DNA of 61,863 nt, the filler included, from Stramenopiles sp. TOSAG23-2 (Eukaryota): NCBI GenBank assembly GCA_900128395.1. It is 24 parts of 24 records of this genome, joined end to end, with 100 filler letters (N's around TTAATTAATTAA, not from the genome) between each part and the next. Parts side by side here need not be neighbours in the genome. Positions count along the whole stretch, not along the records: positions 33,639 to 36,117 come from LT651705.1; positions 36,218 to 38,696 come from LT651706.1; positions 38,797 to 41,275 come from LT651707.1; positions 41,376 to 43,852 come from LT651708.1; positions 43,953 to 46,428 come from LT651709.1; 19 more parts are not named here. One strand, written 5' to 3'. Below the pieces are notes generated by a model, which was not told the DNA's origin, did no database searches, and saw only the letters and a program-made list of their open reading frames with translations. The translations under genes were made by a program, and so were the position numbers. Positions within the stretch are counted from its first letter, which is position 1. Every line of letters begins with the position of its first letter. This document shows, in pieces, positions 33,719-46,062 of the stretch.

Positions 33719-35782
33719 ATGAGTCAAAGCAATAATAGTCCTAATACCAATGCTACAGCGGGTGGTATTAGTTTTCAAGTGAATTTTGCAGAAGATAATC
33801 AACCATTAAATGGTCCACCAAAATATAGTTCTGAAGGGACTGCGAAAAGGGTATTAGCAGATTATAAAAATATGTACAATAAATTGTATAAGCAGTTTCA
33901 AAAAGTTACTATTAAATGTCAAAAATATCGTGAAGAAACCCATGATTTACGCAATGCTGCGGAGACTACAACTAAGCAAATGGAATATTTAACCAGGAAA
34001 ATTGATCATTTAACAACGGAACGTAATAATTTTAAAAGTGAGAAAGAAAAAACTGAATTAATTTTAAAAAAATTAGATCATAAACTAGCAGGTGGTGCTG
34101 GTGGACAATATTTAGCAGATAAATATAAGGAACTAAGACGAAGAAACAAAACATTGAAGGATAAAGTGAAATTGCAACATGATGTTATTTCAAGCCAAGA
34201 AGGTAATTTATTACAAGCATCAAAAGAAATTGAAGTATTGGCACGTGCATTAGAAATACGTTCCGAAGAGTTAGAATTAAATCCAAATAGTACGGTGGAA
34301 GATACCTTACTTTATCAAGTTGCAAGTTTAAAACAACAAATTCAAAACAAAGATGATGAACTTACACAACGAAGTGAGGAGATCAATAACATGTTGCAAG
34401 ATAATATACGTTTAAGCAATGAATTGAAAAGCGTAAATGAAGTGAAAAATGCAGTTGAAGCGCGTTTGGTTACGGTACGTTCCGAATGCGAAGATGCGAA
34501 AAAAATAGCAGAAACATCAAATAATCGCACAAATGAGTTAGAAAAAGAACGTACAATCATGTTGGATTATATTAAAGAAATGCAAGCGAAAATTGGTGAT
34601 TTGGAATCTGAAAATGCAAGTGATAATAAACGTAGCAATAATACAATTAAATTATTGGAAAGTCGATTGGATGCTATGAAAGGCCATGATGGTGATGTAA
34701 CTTCCAAATTAGCACTTGCAGAGAAACGGATTGAACAAATGCGACATGTGCAAAAATTAACGGAACAACGTTTATCAGAGGAACATGTTAAAAATTCAAA
34801 TTTGCAAGAACATATTGACTTGCAAAGTAAAGATTCTGTTACACAATTAGCAGCAACAGATGCATTGAAAGAGAAAATTGTTGTACTGGAAGATGAAAAA
34901 AATGTAACAGATAGAAAATTAGATTTGCTGAGAAAAACACACGAAGAGAAGGATTTAGCAATGGAAGACCTGGTGAAAAGTTTAACTGTTTTAAAAGGAA
35001 AAATAAATGATCTTTCATTAGATAAAGAAACGACTACTGCGCGTTATCGTAGTGAAATGGAAGGCATTATGTCTGAATTGGAAAAAACAGTATTAGACAA
35101 AGAACGATCCGAATCTACGATGAGACAAGCCGTTGATAAATATGAAACATTGATAAAAGAGAAAAATGATGCAGAATCAAATTTGAAAATTGCACAAGAT
35201 GATGTGTTAATGCTGCGAGAAAATAAAGGCATGTTGCAAAAGACCATGTTGGAGCAATTAAATGGTTTAAGAAGTGAAGTATCACGTTTAACCGTCGAAC
35301 GTGATGATGCAGTTGAAGAATTATTACGTGTAAGGGAGGAAAAAGATAGAGTGGAAATTTTAATGAATGCAACTAAAGCAACAAATGCATTATATAAATC
35401 ACCACCAACATCTGCAGAAAAATCTAGTAACAACCGTAACAGTAGTCACAAGTTTAATTCAAGCTCGTACATGTCTTCTAGGAAATATGAAAGTAGAAAT
35501 ACAACGGAACATATGGAACATGTAAGATCAGCATTGAAAAAATATGGCAACAATAATGACAACAACATCAGTCGTAGTAATACTAGTAGTATTAGTCACA
35601 ATAATAATAATAATTTAAAAAATAATAGTGGTCGAATTCATATAAAACGTAGTGGATCTGTTATCATTGAAGGTATCGATAACAATACTACTAATAATAA
35701 TAACATATCATCTTTACGCAAATCTGGTTTTAGTCCAACATTAATTGATTTAGCAGCAGCCAATGATGATTCCTATCGGTAA
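33719..35782 (+). CDS. Long coiled-coil protein of unknown function
   Basis: 687-aa intronless ORF with an extended heptad E/K/L pattern and an N/S-rich tail. Confidence 0.9.
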   Translation: MSQSNNSPNTNATAGGISFQVNFAEDNQPLNGPPKYSSEGTAKRVLADYKNMYNKLYKQFQKVTIKCQKYREETHDLRNAAETTTKQMEYLTRKIDHLTTERNNFKSEKEKTELILKKLDHKLAGGAGGQYLADKYKELRRRNKTLKDKVKLQHDVISSQEGNLLQASKEIEVLARALEIRSEELELNPNSTVEDTLLYQVASLKQQIQNKDDELTQRSEEINNMLQDNIRLSNELKSVNEVKNAVEARLVTVRSECEDAKKIAETSNNRTNELEKERTIMLDYIKEMQAKIGDLESENASDNKRSNNTIKLLESRLDAMKGHDGDVTSKLALAEKRIEQMRHVQKLTEQRLSEEHVKNSNLQEHIDLQSKDSVTQLAATDALKEKIVVLEDEKNVTDRKLDLLRKTHEEKDLAMEDLVKSLTVLKGKINDLSLDKETTTARYRSEMEGIMSELEKTVLDKERSESTMRQAVDKYETLIKEKNDAESNLKIAQDDVLMLRENKGMLQKTMLEQLNGLRSEVSRLTVERDDAVEELLRVREEKDRVEILMNATKATNALYKSPPTSAEKSSNNRNSSHKFNSSSYMSSRKYESRNTTEHMEHVRSALKKYGNNNDNNISRSNTSSISHNNNNNLKNNSGRIHIKRSGSVIIEGIDNNTTNNNNISSLRKSGFSPTLIDLAAANDDSYR

Positions 35783-36259
35783 AATGATGTGTGTGTGTGA
35801 TCTGGGTGATGTTGATCCTGCTGTGTGTGATGTCTATGTATTGAAATATTATACAAAATAGAGAAATCAATTTTTTTGAGATTTAAAATTTTATATTAAT
35901 TAATTACCGATTCTTAATATTAAAAAAAAAAAAAGATTTTGTACTATAAATAATTATAAAATAACGAGACAATATGCTAATAAAAACGATGCATAAATCC
36001 AATAATAAAAGCATAAAATATATATTATATATATTATTATATAAGATACATATATATATTAATAACACAATAAAACAGATGAAGTGATGTGTGTGTTAGT
36101 GAATAATAAATTATGATNNNNNNNNNNNNNNNNNNNNNNNNNNNNNNNNNNNNNNNNNNNNTTAATTAATTAANNNNNNNNNNNNNNNNNNNNNNNNNNN
36201 NNNNNNNNNNNNNNNNNAGAAAAAAAAAAAGAAAAGGAAAAGAAAAGCAAAACTCAAGT

Positions 36260-37621
36260 ATGGCAAACCCACTAGTAATCGATGGACAGAAATACGTAGC
36301 AGCTGGCCCACCGCCAACCGACTCGATAAAACTTTTTGTTGGGCAAGTACCAAAAAGTATGGGAGAACGTGAATTGATACCGATTTTTTCCGAGATTGGT
36401 GAAGTCTACGAACTGGCCGTCTTAAGGGACAAAGAAACAAATAGACATCGTGGCTGTGCTTTTGTGACCTATTACAACCGCGACCACGCAACAAGTGCTG
36501 TTGTTGAATTTCATGATAAAAAGAAATTATCTCCAACTGTCGGTTTTATGCAAGTTAAACCTGCATCTGACTGCAAAATTTTTGTTGGGAATCTCCCATT
36601 GGACGTCAAAGTAGAAGCCGTGAATGCCATGTTTTCAAAATTTGGCGCAGTTGATGAAGTACATTTAATACGCGATCATCGTGGTGAATTTAAAGGATGC
36701 GCATTCGTGCGATATCGTTCCAAGTCAGATGCTGTAACGGCCATACAGCGCTTAAACGAATCGAAAAATTTAAAAGGCGCAACCGCTAATTTGATCGTAC
36801 GATTTGCAGATGGCCATCGTTCTATCTCACAAATGTCAAATGGGATGTCCAATGGTAATAATTCCAGAAATGGAGGAATGAATCGCAATTCACGAAATAA
36901 TAATGAAAACAATAACAATAACAACGATGTGATTATCAACAATTTAAATACATTAGATGAAGCTGGTCTAGCATTGGCGAATTGGTTATCGAATGTTATT
37001 GGCGTTGATGCGAGACAATATGCGGAAAATTTCGTACGCCGTGGTTTCCGCTCTATTAATGATATTGCGTTATTGAACGATGAAGATTCATTGCGTAAAG
37101 CATCTATTGATGTATCGAAAATTGTTTCCAATCCGGTACATCGCATACGTATCATACAAGCAAGCTCGATGGTATTACCACCTAGTGTTAGCGCCGATCA
37201 ACTAAACAATTTGAAACGATGGTTAGAGATGACTGTACATTTAGATCGCTCTGATGCAGATCGCGCTGCTAGACGTTTAGCTGCTGCAGGATTTTTGGAA
37301 ATGTCAGATTTGATGATGTTGGCAAATACTACATTATGTGAAAGTGCTGGTGTGAACATTTCGAAACTTGTGCCAAACTTTGCACATCGCTTAAAAATTA
37401 TTTCAGCAATACAACAAGGTATGTTACAACAATCGCAAGTTGGTGGCCTAACTGCGCAAGTTGGTAGCACGTTAAATGTTGGTACAAATGCATATGGATC
37501 AACTAGCACTGGTGCTCCTGGGCTAGGTGGCAATTCATCGTCAAGTAATAATTGGCGTAGCCCATCCGACAGTTTATCCGGTAATACATCAAGTGCATGG
37601 TTGCCACATGGAACCCATTAA
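36260..37621 (+). CDS. CELF/Bruno/FCA-like double-RRM RNA-binding protein with two SAM-like domains
   Basis: RRM1 KLFVGQVPK..RGCAFV and RRM2 KIFVGNLP..KGCAFV..LIVRFAD, followed by two W-L..GF..HR.K/RII repeats. Confidence 0.85.
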   Translation: MANPLVIDGQKYVAAGPPPTDSIKLFVGQVPKSMGERELIPIFSEIGEVYELAVLRDKETNRHRGCAFVTYYNRDHATSAVVEFHDKKKLSPTVGFMQVKPASDCKIFVGNLPLDVKVEAVNAMFSKFGAVDEVHLIRDHRGEFKGCAFVRYRSKSDAVTAIQRLNESKNLKGATANLIVRFADGHRSISQMSNGMSNGNNSRNGGMNRNSRNNNENNNNNNDVIINNLNTLDEAGLALANWLSNVIGVDARQYAENFVRRGFRSINDIALLNDEDSLRKASIDVSKIVSNPVHRIRIIQASSMVLPPSVSADQLNNLKRWLEMTVHLDRSDADRAARRLAAAGFLEMSDLMMLANTTLCESAGVNISKLVPNFAHRLKIISAIQQGMLQQSQVGGLTAQVGSTLNVGTNAYGSTSTGAPGLGGNSSSSNNWRSPSDSLSGNTSSAWLPHGTH

Positions 37622-38957
37622 ATTAACATATATATATCATATATATTATATATGTTATTTAAATTTTGAAAATTGTTGGGAATGATTGGTTTTTCAAATT
37701 AACTAAATACAAGGTTTGTTTATATTGGTAAAAAGTCTAATTTTTAATTACGAATGCAATCATAGAAACATTGTGAATTGTATATATATATATATATTAT
37801 ATATTATATCAATCAAATATATATATATATATGTGTAAAAATACAAAATAAAATTGAAAAAAATAATATATAAAAGGTATGATATCTGGATATCATACGA
37901 AGGAAAAAATAAATAAAATGTATTAAAAAAATATTACATATTAATTAATAGATAGAGAAGGAAGGCGATTAAATCTGTTTTCAAAAAATATATTTAAAAT
38001 ATATTTGTGAATATAATACTTTTTGAATAATACCAAATAGAGGTATATTCGGAGTGTACATGATGTCCTGGATGTGTAGGATTTGGGGTACAATTAAATT
38101 ATTAATATAATGGACTCGTCGTACCACTAATATTAATTAAATATTTTTTAAATTAAAAAAAAATATATTTTATTTATATCAATACTCTCTAATTAAAATT
38201 ATAAAGTGTGCGTTTAAAGTTAATATTTTTTATATTATGCATTAATATATTAAATATTTAAAAATATAAATTCCTCTCTTATATTTCAGCATGCCCGGCG
38301 CCCGGCATGCATCATATTATATTTACCACGGGAAGTAAAATTATTAATAACTGTGGTCAGCCTGGTGCATAAAGTATAAATAATGTAATAAAATAATAAT
38401 AACACCGTATACAACAGGTATATTTTTATTTTTATTATAAAATGAGATATTAATTAATTTGTTGTGTATTTATTGTTATTATATATTTAGCGCTTTACAG
38501 TATTTAAACATAGAAAACACAACATACATACTTATCATTATGATGAAGAATAAGAACACTACATACTAATATACTTTAAATTTTGGATACAATGGCTTTC
38601 ATTCATCGCATCTTGGCATCTAAAAAAAGAATACGAGTCAATGAAAAACAAATAAGAACACATTTATTATTATTTGATTTTTTTTTTTTTTTACGTNNNN
38701 NNNNNNNNNNNNNNNNNNNNNNNNNNNNNNNNNNNNNNNNTTAATTAATTAANNNNNNNNNNNNNNNNNNNNNNNNNNNNNNNNNNNNNNNNNNNNAACA
38801 AAGGCTGAAAATAAGAAAAAAGAAGAGGATAAAGGTAAAGAAGAAGTAGTATCTAGTAGCTAAAATATTATGTAATTAAAAATCAATATGTGATATCATA
38901 GTTTAAATTATTAAAAATATTTTGATCTCAACATCAATTCAATAAAACAGGATTCTT

Positions 38958-39896
38958 AACACACACACGCACACTCTTTGTGAACAATTCACATAAAATT
39001 GTACGCGCTCATATATAGCTTGAATAAATAAATGTTTTACCAGTAACTTTCAAGTATTAAATATAACTTTTATGATGATACTTTTTGTATTATCTTTCTC
39101 TGCAACTTAAACTAAAGTTAAAGTAATAAAGAAAAGTCTGTATAGTATAATAGTAACCATCATATTGTATATAATAGCAAGATAAATTATTTGATATTTT
39201 TTATAATATTAACAGGTACATACTATTGATTTTAACCAAAAACCACACATTACATTTTATTAAAAAAACATATATCTATATATATATGATGGTGTATTGA
39301 AAAAGAAGAAGGGGAAAGGGTAAAGGGGCATACACGATTGCATCTATTTGTATTATTGGAAAGATAGAAAATTGTATAACAAGAAAATAACAATGTTTCG
39401 TGGATTCATTAACAATGCAATGAAAATGAATAAATATAATAACACACACACGCACACTCTTTGTGAACAATTCACATAAAATTGTACGCGCTCATATGTA
39501 GCTTTAATAATAATACTCGTAACTTTTATGCATATCATACGATACTTTTTATATTATCTTCCTCTGCAACTTAAACTAAAGTAATAAAGAAAAGTCTGTA
39601 TTTTTAGTACTATTATAATATTAATATGATAAATTATTTGATATTTTATTATTAACAGGTACATACTATATTGAAATAAAAACCACGAAAGCCAACAAAC
39701 CACCCATTTTTTTATTAAAAAAACATATATATCTATATATATGATGGTGTATTGAAAAAGAAGAAGGGGAAAGGGTAAAGGGACATACATGATTGCATAT
39801 ATTTGTATTATTGGAAAGATAGAAAATTGTACAACAAGAACATAACAATGTTTCGTGGATTCATTAACAATGCAATGAAAATGAATAAATATAATA
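38958..39896 (+). repeat. Diverged ~480-bp tandem duplication of an upstream region plus the first 16 codons
   Basis: Both copies (38958-39440 and 39441-39896) start aacacacacacgcacactctttgtgaac and end atgtttcgtggattcattaacaatgcaatgaaaatgaataaatataat. They differ internally by SNPs and indels. Confidence 0.9.
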
Positions 39897-40351
39897 TTCG
39901 TATACGTACCTTTGCAAATGCTACAAATAATAATAATAGTAAAATTGGATTATCGCAAGTGGTGCCATCAAATATATCAGTAGTATCTGCAGTGAAGAAA
40001 AAGAAACAAGCTATTACAAATGTATTGTTTTCATTCCTAACATGTGTATTAGGTGCTCAAGTAATTAGATATCGCTATATGAAGGATGAAGTCGATGATG
40101 AATTAAATACTTTACAACAGAAATATAATAAAACAAAAGCGACTATTAGTGGAGAGAAATTACAAACATTATGTAATGATATGAATATCAATGAAAAACA
40201 AAAAAATATTTTATTTCAATATTTTCAACCTTTAAATAGTAATAACATAGATGTTGATAATAATAATCAAAATGAAACTACCATTAGAAGTAATAATGAA
40301 TCAAGTGAGGTGAAAAAAGATTCAAAACCAGTAAAAAGTTTTAGAATTTAA
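39848..40351 (+). CDS. Hypothetical single-TM protein, probably mitochondrial
   Basis: Presequence-like MFRGFI..IRIRTFA, one hydrophobic helix and a short coiled coil. Confidence 0.65.
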   Translation: MFRGFINNAMKMNKYNIRIRTFANATNNNNSKIGLSQVVPSNISVVSAVKKKKQAITNVLFSFLTCVLGAQVIRYRYMKDEVDDELNTLQQKYNKTKATISGEKLQTLCNDMNINEKQKNILFQYFQPLNSNNIDVDNNNQNETTIRSNNESSEVKKDSKPVKSFRI

Positions 40352-40412
40352 ACAGAAAAACAATTTTTTATTAACTTAAAATATTTTTTTTTTACATCAA
40401 TCATTTAAAATT

Positions 40413-40787
40413 TTATATTTTCTCTAATAAACCTATCATATGTCCATGAGGACTTCGTAATGATGCAACTTTTGCAACAGGTGTATATTCAATTTTACCA
40501 TCTAATTGTGCACCCATTGATATCAACGTTGGTATTTTCATATCAAAATCCTCTACTTCAAAATTCAAAAATGGTCCATAACCAGTTGCTAAAAATGCTT
40601 CATTTCCATCTATCTCTTTTATTAAAATTGGTGTCTCATTTGATACAGCAGATGATGAATATAATTTCGCAGTTGTTTCTGTTACACTCAATGGTGTTAA
40701 ACCAATACCACTTGCACCATAAAATTCTATTGCATTATTTAGCATTCCTCTCCTTACAAATAGTACGATCTGTCGCAATGACGACAT
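40413..40787 (-). CDS. Glyoxalase/VOC superfamily protein
   Basis: LRQIVLFV..AIEFY..IGL, GYGPFLNFEVEDFD..GAQLDG.I.Y..KVASLRSP.GHMIGL.E. Confidence 0.85.
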   Translation of the reverse strand: MSSLRQIVLFVRRGMLNNAIEFYGASGIGLTPLSVTETTAKLYSSSAVSNETPILIKEIDGNEAFLATGYGPFLNFEVEDFDMKIPTLISMGAQLDGKIEYTPVAKVASLRSPHGHMIGLLEKI

Positions 40788-40938
40788 GTCCGATGAGAGT
40801 TGTATATATATATATATATATATATATCACCATAAAATTCTATTGCATTATTTAGCATTCCTCTCCTTACAAATAGTACGATTTGTCGCAATGACGACAT
40901 GTCCGATGAGAGTTGTATATATATATATATATATATAT
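40716..40938. repeat. ~112-bp tandem duplication of the VOC gene 5' end with an (AT)n microsatellite
   Basis: caccataaaattctattg..gagagttg(ta)n occurs twice with one substitution. Confidence 0.85.
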
Positions 40939-42124
40939 GTGTGTAGATAGATAGATATTTTTTGTATTGTATCCTGTTGTTCCTATCTGCAATGTATAGT
41001 GTGTACAAATGATATTTTATCTGGAAGAAATACACACACTGGCACAAATTTATCAATCAAAAAAACAAAAAAATACGAGTGTCATATACTCAAAAAAAAA
41101 AGTTATTATTTAAAATAGCTTTACGTTTTAAAATAAAATATATATAGCTTTTTTATACACATATATTATATATAATAAAATATATACCCCGGACTTTATT
41201 TTCTTTTTTCAATATCTTTTAATTATTTACAATATTTTTTTATTCAAATCCATAAACAATTTTGAGGATGTATGANNNNNNNNNNNNNNNNNNNNNNNNN
41301 NNNNNNNNNNNNNNNNNNNTTAATTAATTAANNNNNNNNNNNNNNNNNNNNNNNNNNNNNNNNNNNNNNNNNNNNGTATTACTGCTACGTACGTGTGTTG
41401 TGCCTGTGTATATTCCTCTGTCTCTATTAACTAGTTTTATAATGAATTAAGTCTAAATGAATTCTATGTTGTTTTTTGTGGTCAGGGAGAATTGAGGAAG
41501 AATGTTTTTTCATTTCTTAATACTGTGTAGTGTTATTTATTACCTGGTATAGTCGAAACAACCATTCTAATTCCGAGAGGAAGAATTGAGGAATGTTTTA
41601 TCATTTCTTAATACTGTGTAGTCTTATTAATAAAACCGGACGCCAGATTTTACGGTTTTACCAAATTTCATATATATTTGTACTTGTTAGTATATTTCAT
41701 TACAGTATACGAATACCATTATACAATGCTATGTAGTGTATATATTCCTCACGGGGTTCAAATAAGTACATATTTTAGTATACTATAGATATATATTTAT
41801 ATAGGATAATATGCATAAAATCGGATATTCCATAGATATTCTAGATATTTTCATCCAAATTAAAATTGTAGCACCTGGTAATTCCAGGGAATTCGCCATT
41901 TTGGATTTTATAGATATTATACATATTTTACATTTACCTTGGTATAACATATTACTGGATTATACAAACATCCTTGTGCCTTATATATATATAATTTATA
42001 GACTCTATACTCTATAATATGTATTTGCATTTACCACATAATATTTAAAAATTAAAATATGATCAAATATTATTTAAAAAGTACTCATTTACTCCTCACA
42101 ACATAATATGCAAATAAATGCATA

Positions 42125-42950
42125 ATGGCCGATATTGCTAGAGCGAACAATCGTCTACAAAATACCAATAATGAATGTACCACAATTCAAATACGTTTAA
42201 TTAAAATTAGAACTTTCTCTAAATCACTTTCAATATGTACTGGAATCTTATTATCATCAACATGTAATATCAACAATCTACCAAATTACAGTCGTGTACA
42301 AATACTTTGCCGTAAGACAAAGGAAAATGTAAAGCAATATAATATGTTATCAAAAATTGATGGAATACAATCAAACAATACAATTGATAATAAAACAATA
42401 ACGATGAGCTTTGTTGCAAAAAGAGAACCAGTAGTTCGAACTACCGCTGGTGCAATTGTATTTAAAGCTATTGAAATAGGTAAATATGACATCATCGACA
42501 ATAACATATTATCGTCATTATCATCATCTTTAAATGAAAATAATACAAGTAGTCGTATTATTATTATTAAACCTAAAATTCATCGACATGAAATTTTTGC
42601 TACATGGATATGCCAAAATTTTAAAAATAAAGATTTAACTAATATTTTAGATATTGCAGGTGGTAAATGTAAATTATCGCAATATTTATTGTATCAAAAT
42701 TCAACTGTAATAAAATCGACTATAATTGATCCAGCTGTTAAGGAAGAATATATATCAATGCCTGAATATCTTGAAAAAATGATGAATTTAACATTTAAAA
42801 TAGAAGAAGAACAAGAAGAAAATAATGATAAGAATATTGATCATGATGATGATGATCCAACAGCAATGACTGTTAATGACTTTATGGCATTACAAAAAAG
42901 CAAGTTGCAAATTTTTCCAATGAATTTTGATCAAGATTTTGATGATACGC

Positions 42951-42987
<37 letters not shown>

Positions 42988-43480
42988 TTTAGTGTCGAAC
43001 GAAAATAATAATTATACTGCAATTTTTGGTTTACATCCAGATCAAGCCACAGATGCAATATTTGATTATGCATTAAAACATAAAATACCATTTGCATGTA
43101 TACCATGTTGTATATTTAAAACGTTGTTTCCAAATAGAATTTTAAAAAGTGGGCAGAAAATTTCAACATATAATGGTTTAATAAAATATTTACGTGAAAA
43201 AGATCCAAGAATTCGATTAGCACAATTACCATTTGTTGGACGTAATATAGTTTTGTACATGTGTTCGTATGATTATGATGAAGAAATGGAACAAAATATA
43301 AATAATACTGATAATAATGATAACAAAAAGAAGAAGAAACAACAACAACAACAACTATGGTGTGATGATGGTTGGTTTAGTGCACCATCACGGCCACCAT
43401 CATGTTCTTCATCAAAACAAAATATAAAATGGAAAGAAGTGGAAGATGATGATGATGAAAATCATGTACACGATGAATAA
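42125..43480 (+). CDS. Class I SAM-dependent methyltransferase-like protein
   Basis: RHEIFATWI, ILDIAGGK (motif I), TIIDP, GLHPDQATD, FACIPCCIF..LFP.R and LPFVGRN.VL. Confidence 0.8.
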
Positions 43481-44408
43481 ATATCTTATTACAATGATAT
43501 ATAGAAAGAAGAAGAAGAAAAGAAGAGAGAGTAAATATGATGGAGAATTGTGCGATTATTATTTATATTTATACTTCGTAATTTTCTCTTTTACTCATAT
43601 ATTAATGTGATAAAACATACGAGTACACACCACAAATATACTCCCTTTGTAAAAAAATTTACGAAGCTCTCGGCGGTATTTATAAAATACGTTTATACGA
43701 GGTAAAATTAGTTTACGAACTTCATATATGCATTTATTAAAATGTACAAAATTGGAAATATTAAAAAATGTTGTTTACTTCGTATAAAAATAATAAAAAT
43801 ATTTTAAAAAAATTTAATTTATTTTTATTTAAAACATTTTAATATTTTAGTANNNNNNNNNNNNNNNNNNNNNNNNNNNNNNNNNNNNNNNNNNNNTTAA
43901 TTAATTAANNNNNNNNNNNNNNNNNNNNNNNNNNNNNNNNNNNNNNNNNNNNTAATCAACTTAGTGATAATATGAGATCACAATTAAAAGCTATACAACA
44001 ATATAAAGAAGATGGATCAAACGGGTATCAACAAGTGAATGGGATGATGAGGATATACACATAATAATTAATACTATATATTTATATACTACCAACTACA
44101 ATATCCTATACATATAATTATTCACAAAAAATCACAAATCTACTATAGATATATTATAAAAAATACAATTGAGAAATTAGAAAGAATTATAAACATCGAT
44201 AGGAGCAGGAGAGAGATATAAAAAACACATTCGTACGTATATATATACATCTAACGATACATCATCTATAAATGATCATTTTAATGATCTAACCACACGT
44301 TATTACATCATCGTATTCGTTGAAATTATTTCAAAAATATAAACACCACACGTATATTTTAAAAATCTCTAATTTAATAATAATAATTAAATAAATAAAT
44401 TAAAAAAC

Positions 44409-45839
44409 ATGCAAAGATGGATTACCTTTATGACTATTATATTCATACATATATATAATGATGAAACAATACATCTTTTAAATTATTATTTATTATTAAT
44501 TGATAGTAAAATTGAACATAACACAAATCACAACAACAACAACAACAACAATAATAATAATATCGAATTTATCCATCAGATCAAAAATATCTTTGTATTA
44601 TATTTAATATTTTTAACATTTTTAAAAGATCAAAATGATATACAAAAATTAAAATGTGAAATTAAAGATATTAATAAATTATGGCAAAATGATAAAAATA
44701 AATATATATATGAAAAAATGAAGAACAACAGCGACAATAATAAGGACGACGACAACAACAACAAACAACAATTAAATGAAAAAGAAAAACAAATTAGATT
44801 GAAACAATTTGGTATTGATGAAGATTTATTATTACAAAGTTCAAGTGAATATTTATTTTATACATATGAGGAACAAAATAAATTAAAACAAATAAAAAGG
44901 AAATGGAATGCAATGAAAAATAATAATAATAAAAACACGACGACGACAAATTTAATAAAATCATTATACGACACAACAGAAGATGATGAAGTAGAAGATG
45001 ATTTTACATTTTATCGATTTTTAAAAGCACGTAAATGGAATGTAGATAAAGCATTATCGATGTATGAAAAATTTCGTTTATTTCGTAAAAAAGAAAATGT
45101 ATCCCATTATATAAAAAATTCCGTAGGTCCATTTGGATCTAAATCATTATTAAATGCATGTCAATATTCATTGGAAGCAACAGATGGTTTAGAAACTAAT
45201 CCAGCATTACGTTTAGTAGCACGTGATCCATGTGAAAAATATTTTAGAACTTTTTGTAGTGCTGTAAATTGTGGTTATACGAAAGCTGGATCGCCCATTT
45301 ATATTGAACGCACTGGTGAAATTTCACCAATATATTCCAAAATGATGGAACATATTAATTCAGATGAAGTAGTCAAACGTCATATACGTCAACAAGAATT
45401 AGTCAATCAACGTTGTAAAGAAATCACACAAACAATTGGCGTTCCAGTTGGAAAACAAACACTTATATTTGATTTAAAAGGTATGTCATTTTATCCGAAT
45501 CAAGCAGCTATGAATGTGTTTAAACGTGTATTACAAATCGATGCAAATTATTACCCTGAAACATTACATACACATTTTTTAATCAATGCACCAAGTATAT
45601 TTTTAGTGATATGGAAAGTTGTTAATGGTTGGTTGGATCCAGTGACACAAAAGAAATTCCATATTATTGGTACAAATTATCAAGATACTTTATTAAAACA
45701 TATTGATCCAAGCCAATTACCAATTGAATATGGTGGTACGAATCATTATCAACTTCCACATGTTACATTGGATATGGATATTGGGGAGAAACATGCAGAA
45801 TTATTACATGCAGAGTTAGATAAATGTATTATTAAGTAA
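44409..45839 (+). CDS. SEC14/CRAL-TRIO lipid-binding protein (the true start may be the ATG at 44718)
   Basis: DDFTFYRFLKARKWNVDKA, G.PIYIER.G, IFDLKG, YYPETL..INAP..F..IW..WLDP.T..K and IDPSQLPIEYGG. Confidence 0.92.
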   Translation: MQRWITFMTIIFIHIYNDETIHLLNYYLLLIDSKIEHNTNHNNNNNNNNNNIEFIHQIKNIFVLYLIFLTFLKDQNDIQKLKCEIKDINKLWQNDKNKYIYEKMKNNSDNNKDDDNNNKQQLNEKEKQIRLKQFGIDEDLLLQSSSEYLFYTYEEQNKLKQIKRKWNAMKNNNNKNTTTTNLIKSLYDTTEDDEVEDDFTFYRFLKARKWNVDKALSMYEKFRLFRKKENVSHYIKNSVGPFGSKSLLNACQYSLEATDGLETNPALRLVARDPCEKYFRTFCSAVNCGYTKAGSPIYIERTGEISPIYSKMMEHINSDEVVKRHIRQQELVNQRCKEITQTIGVPVGKQTLIFDLKGMSFYPNQAAMNVFKRVLQIDANYYPETLHTHFLINAPSIFLVIWKVVNGWLDPVTQKKFHIIGTNYQDTLLKHIDPSQLPIEYGGTNHYQLPHVTLDMDIGEKHAELLHAELDKCIIK

Positions 45840-46062
45840 GAAAAGAGAAGAAGAAGAAGAAAGCGAGGTGGTGAGGATATATATATATATTTATTTTATT
45901 ATGATCTAATACTATTACTATGTTAATTTATGAAGATTGCTTCGATGTGTTTGTTTGATTTTTGAATGAATGAAACATTTTCAAAACTAAAAACAAACAT
46001 GGAAGAGATATACACAGAGGTGTTCATGATATATATATATATATATATATTATGTATGCAAC

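Noticed and set aside
41489-41630. Two ~50-bp direct repeats with a spacer (mini-CRISPR-like)
   Set aside because: There are only two degenerate units, the context is eukaryotic and there are no cas genes. A local duplication explains it.
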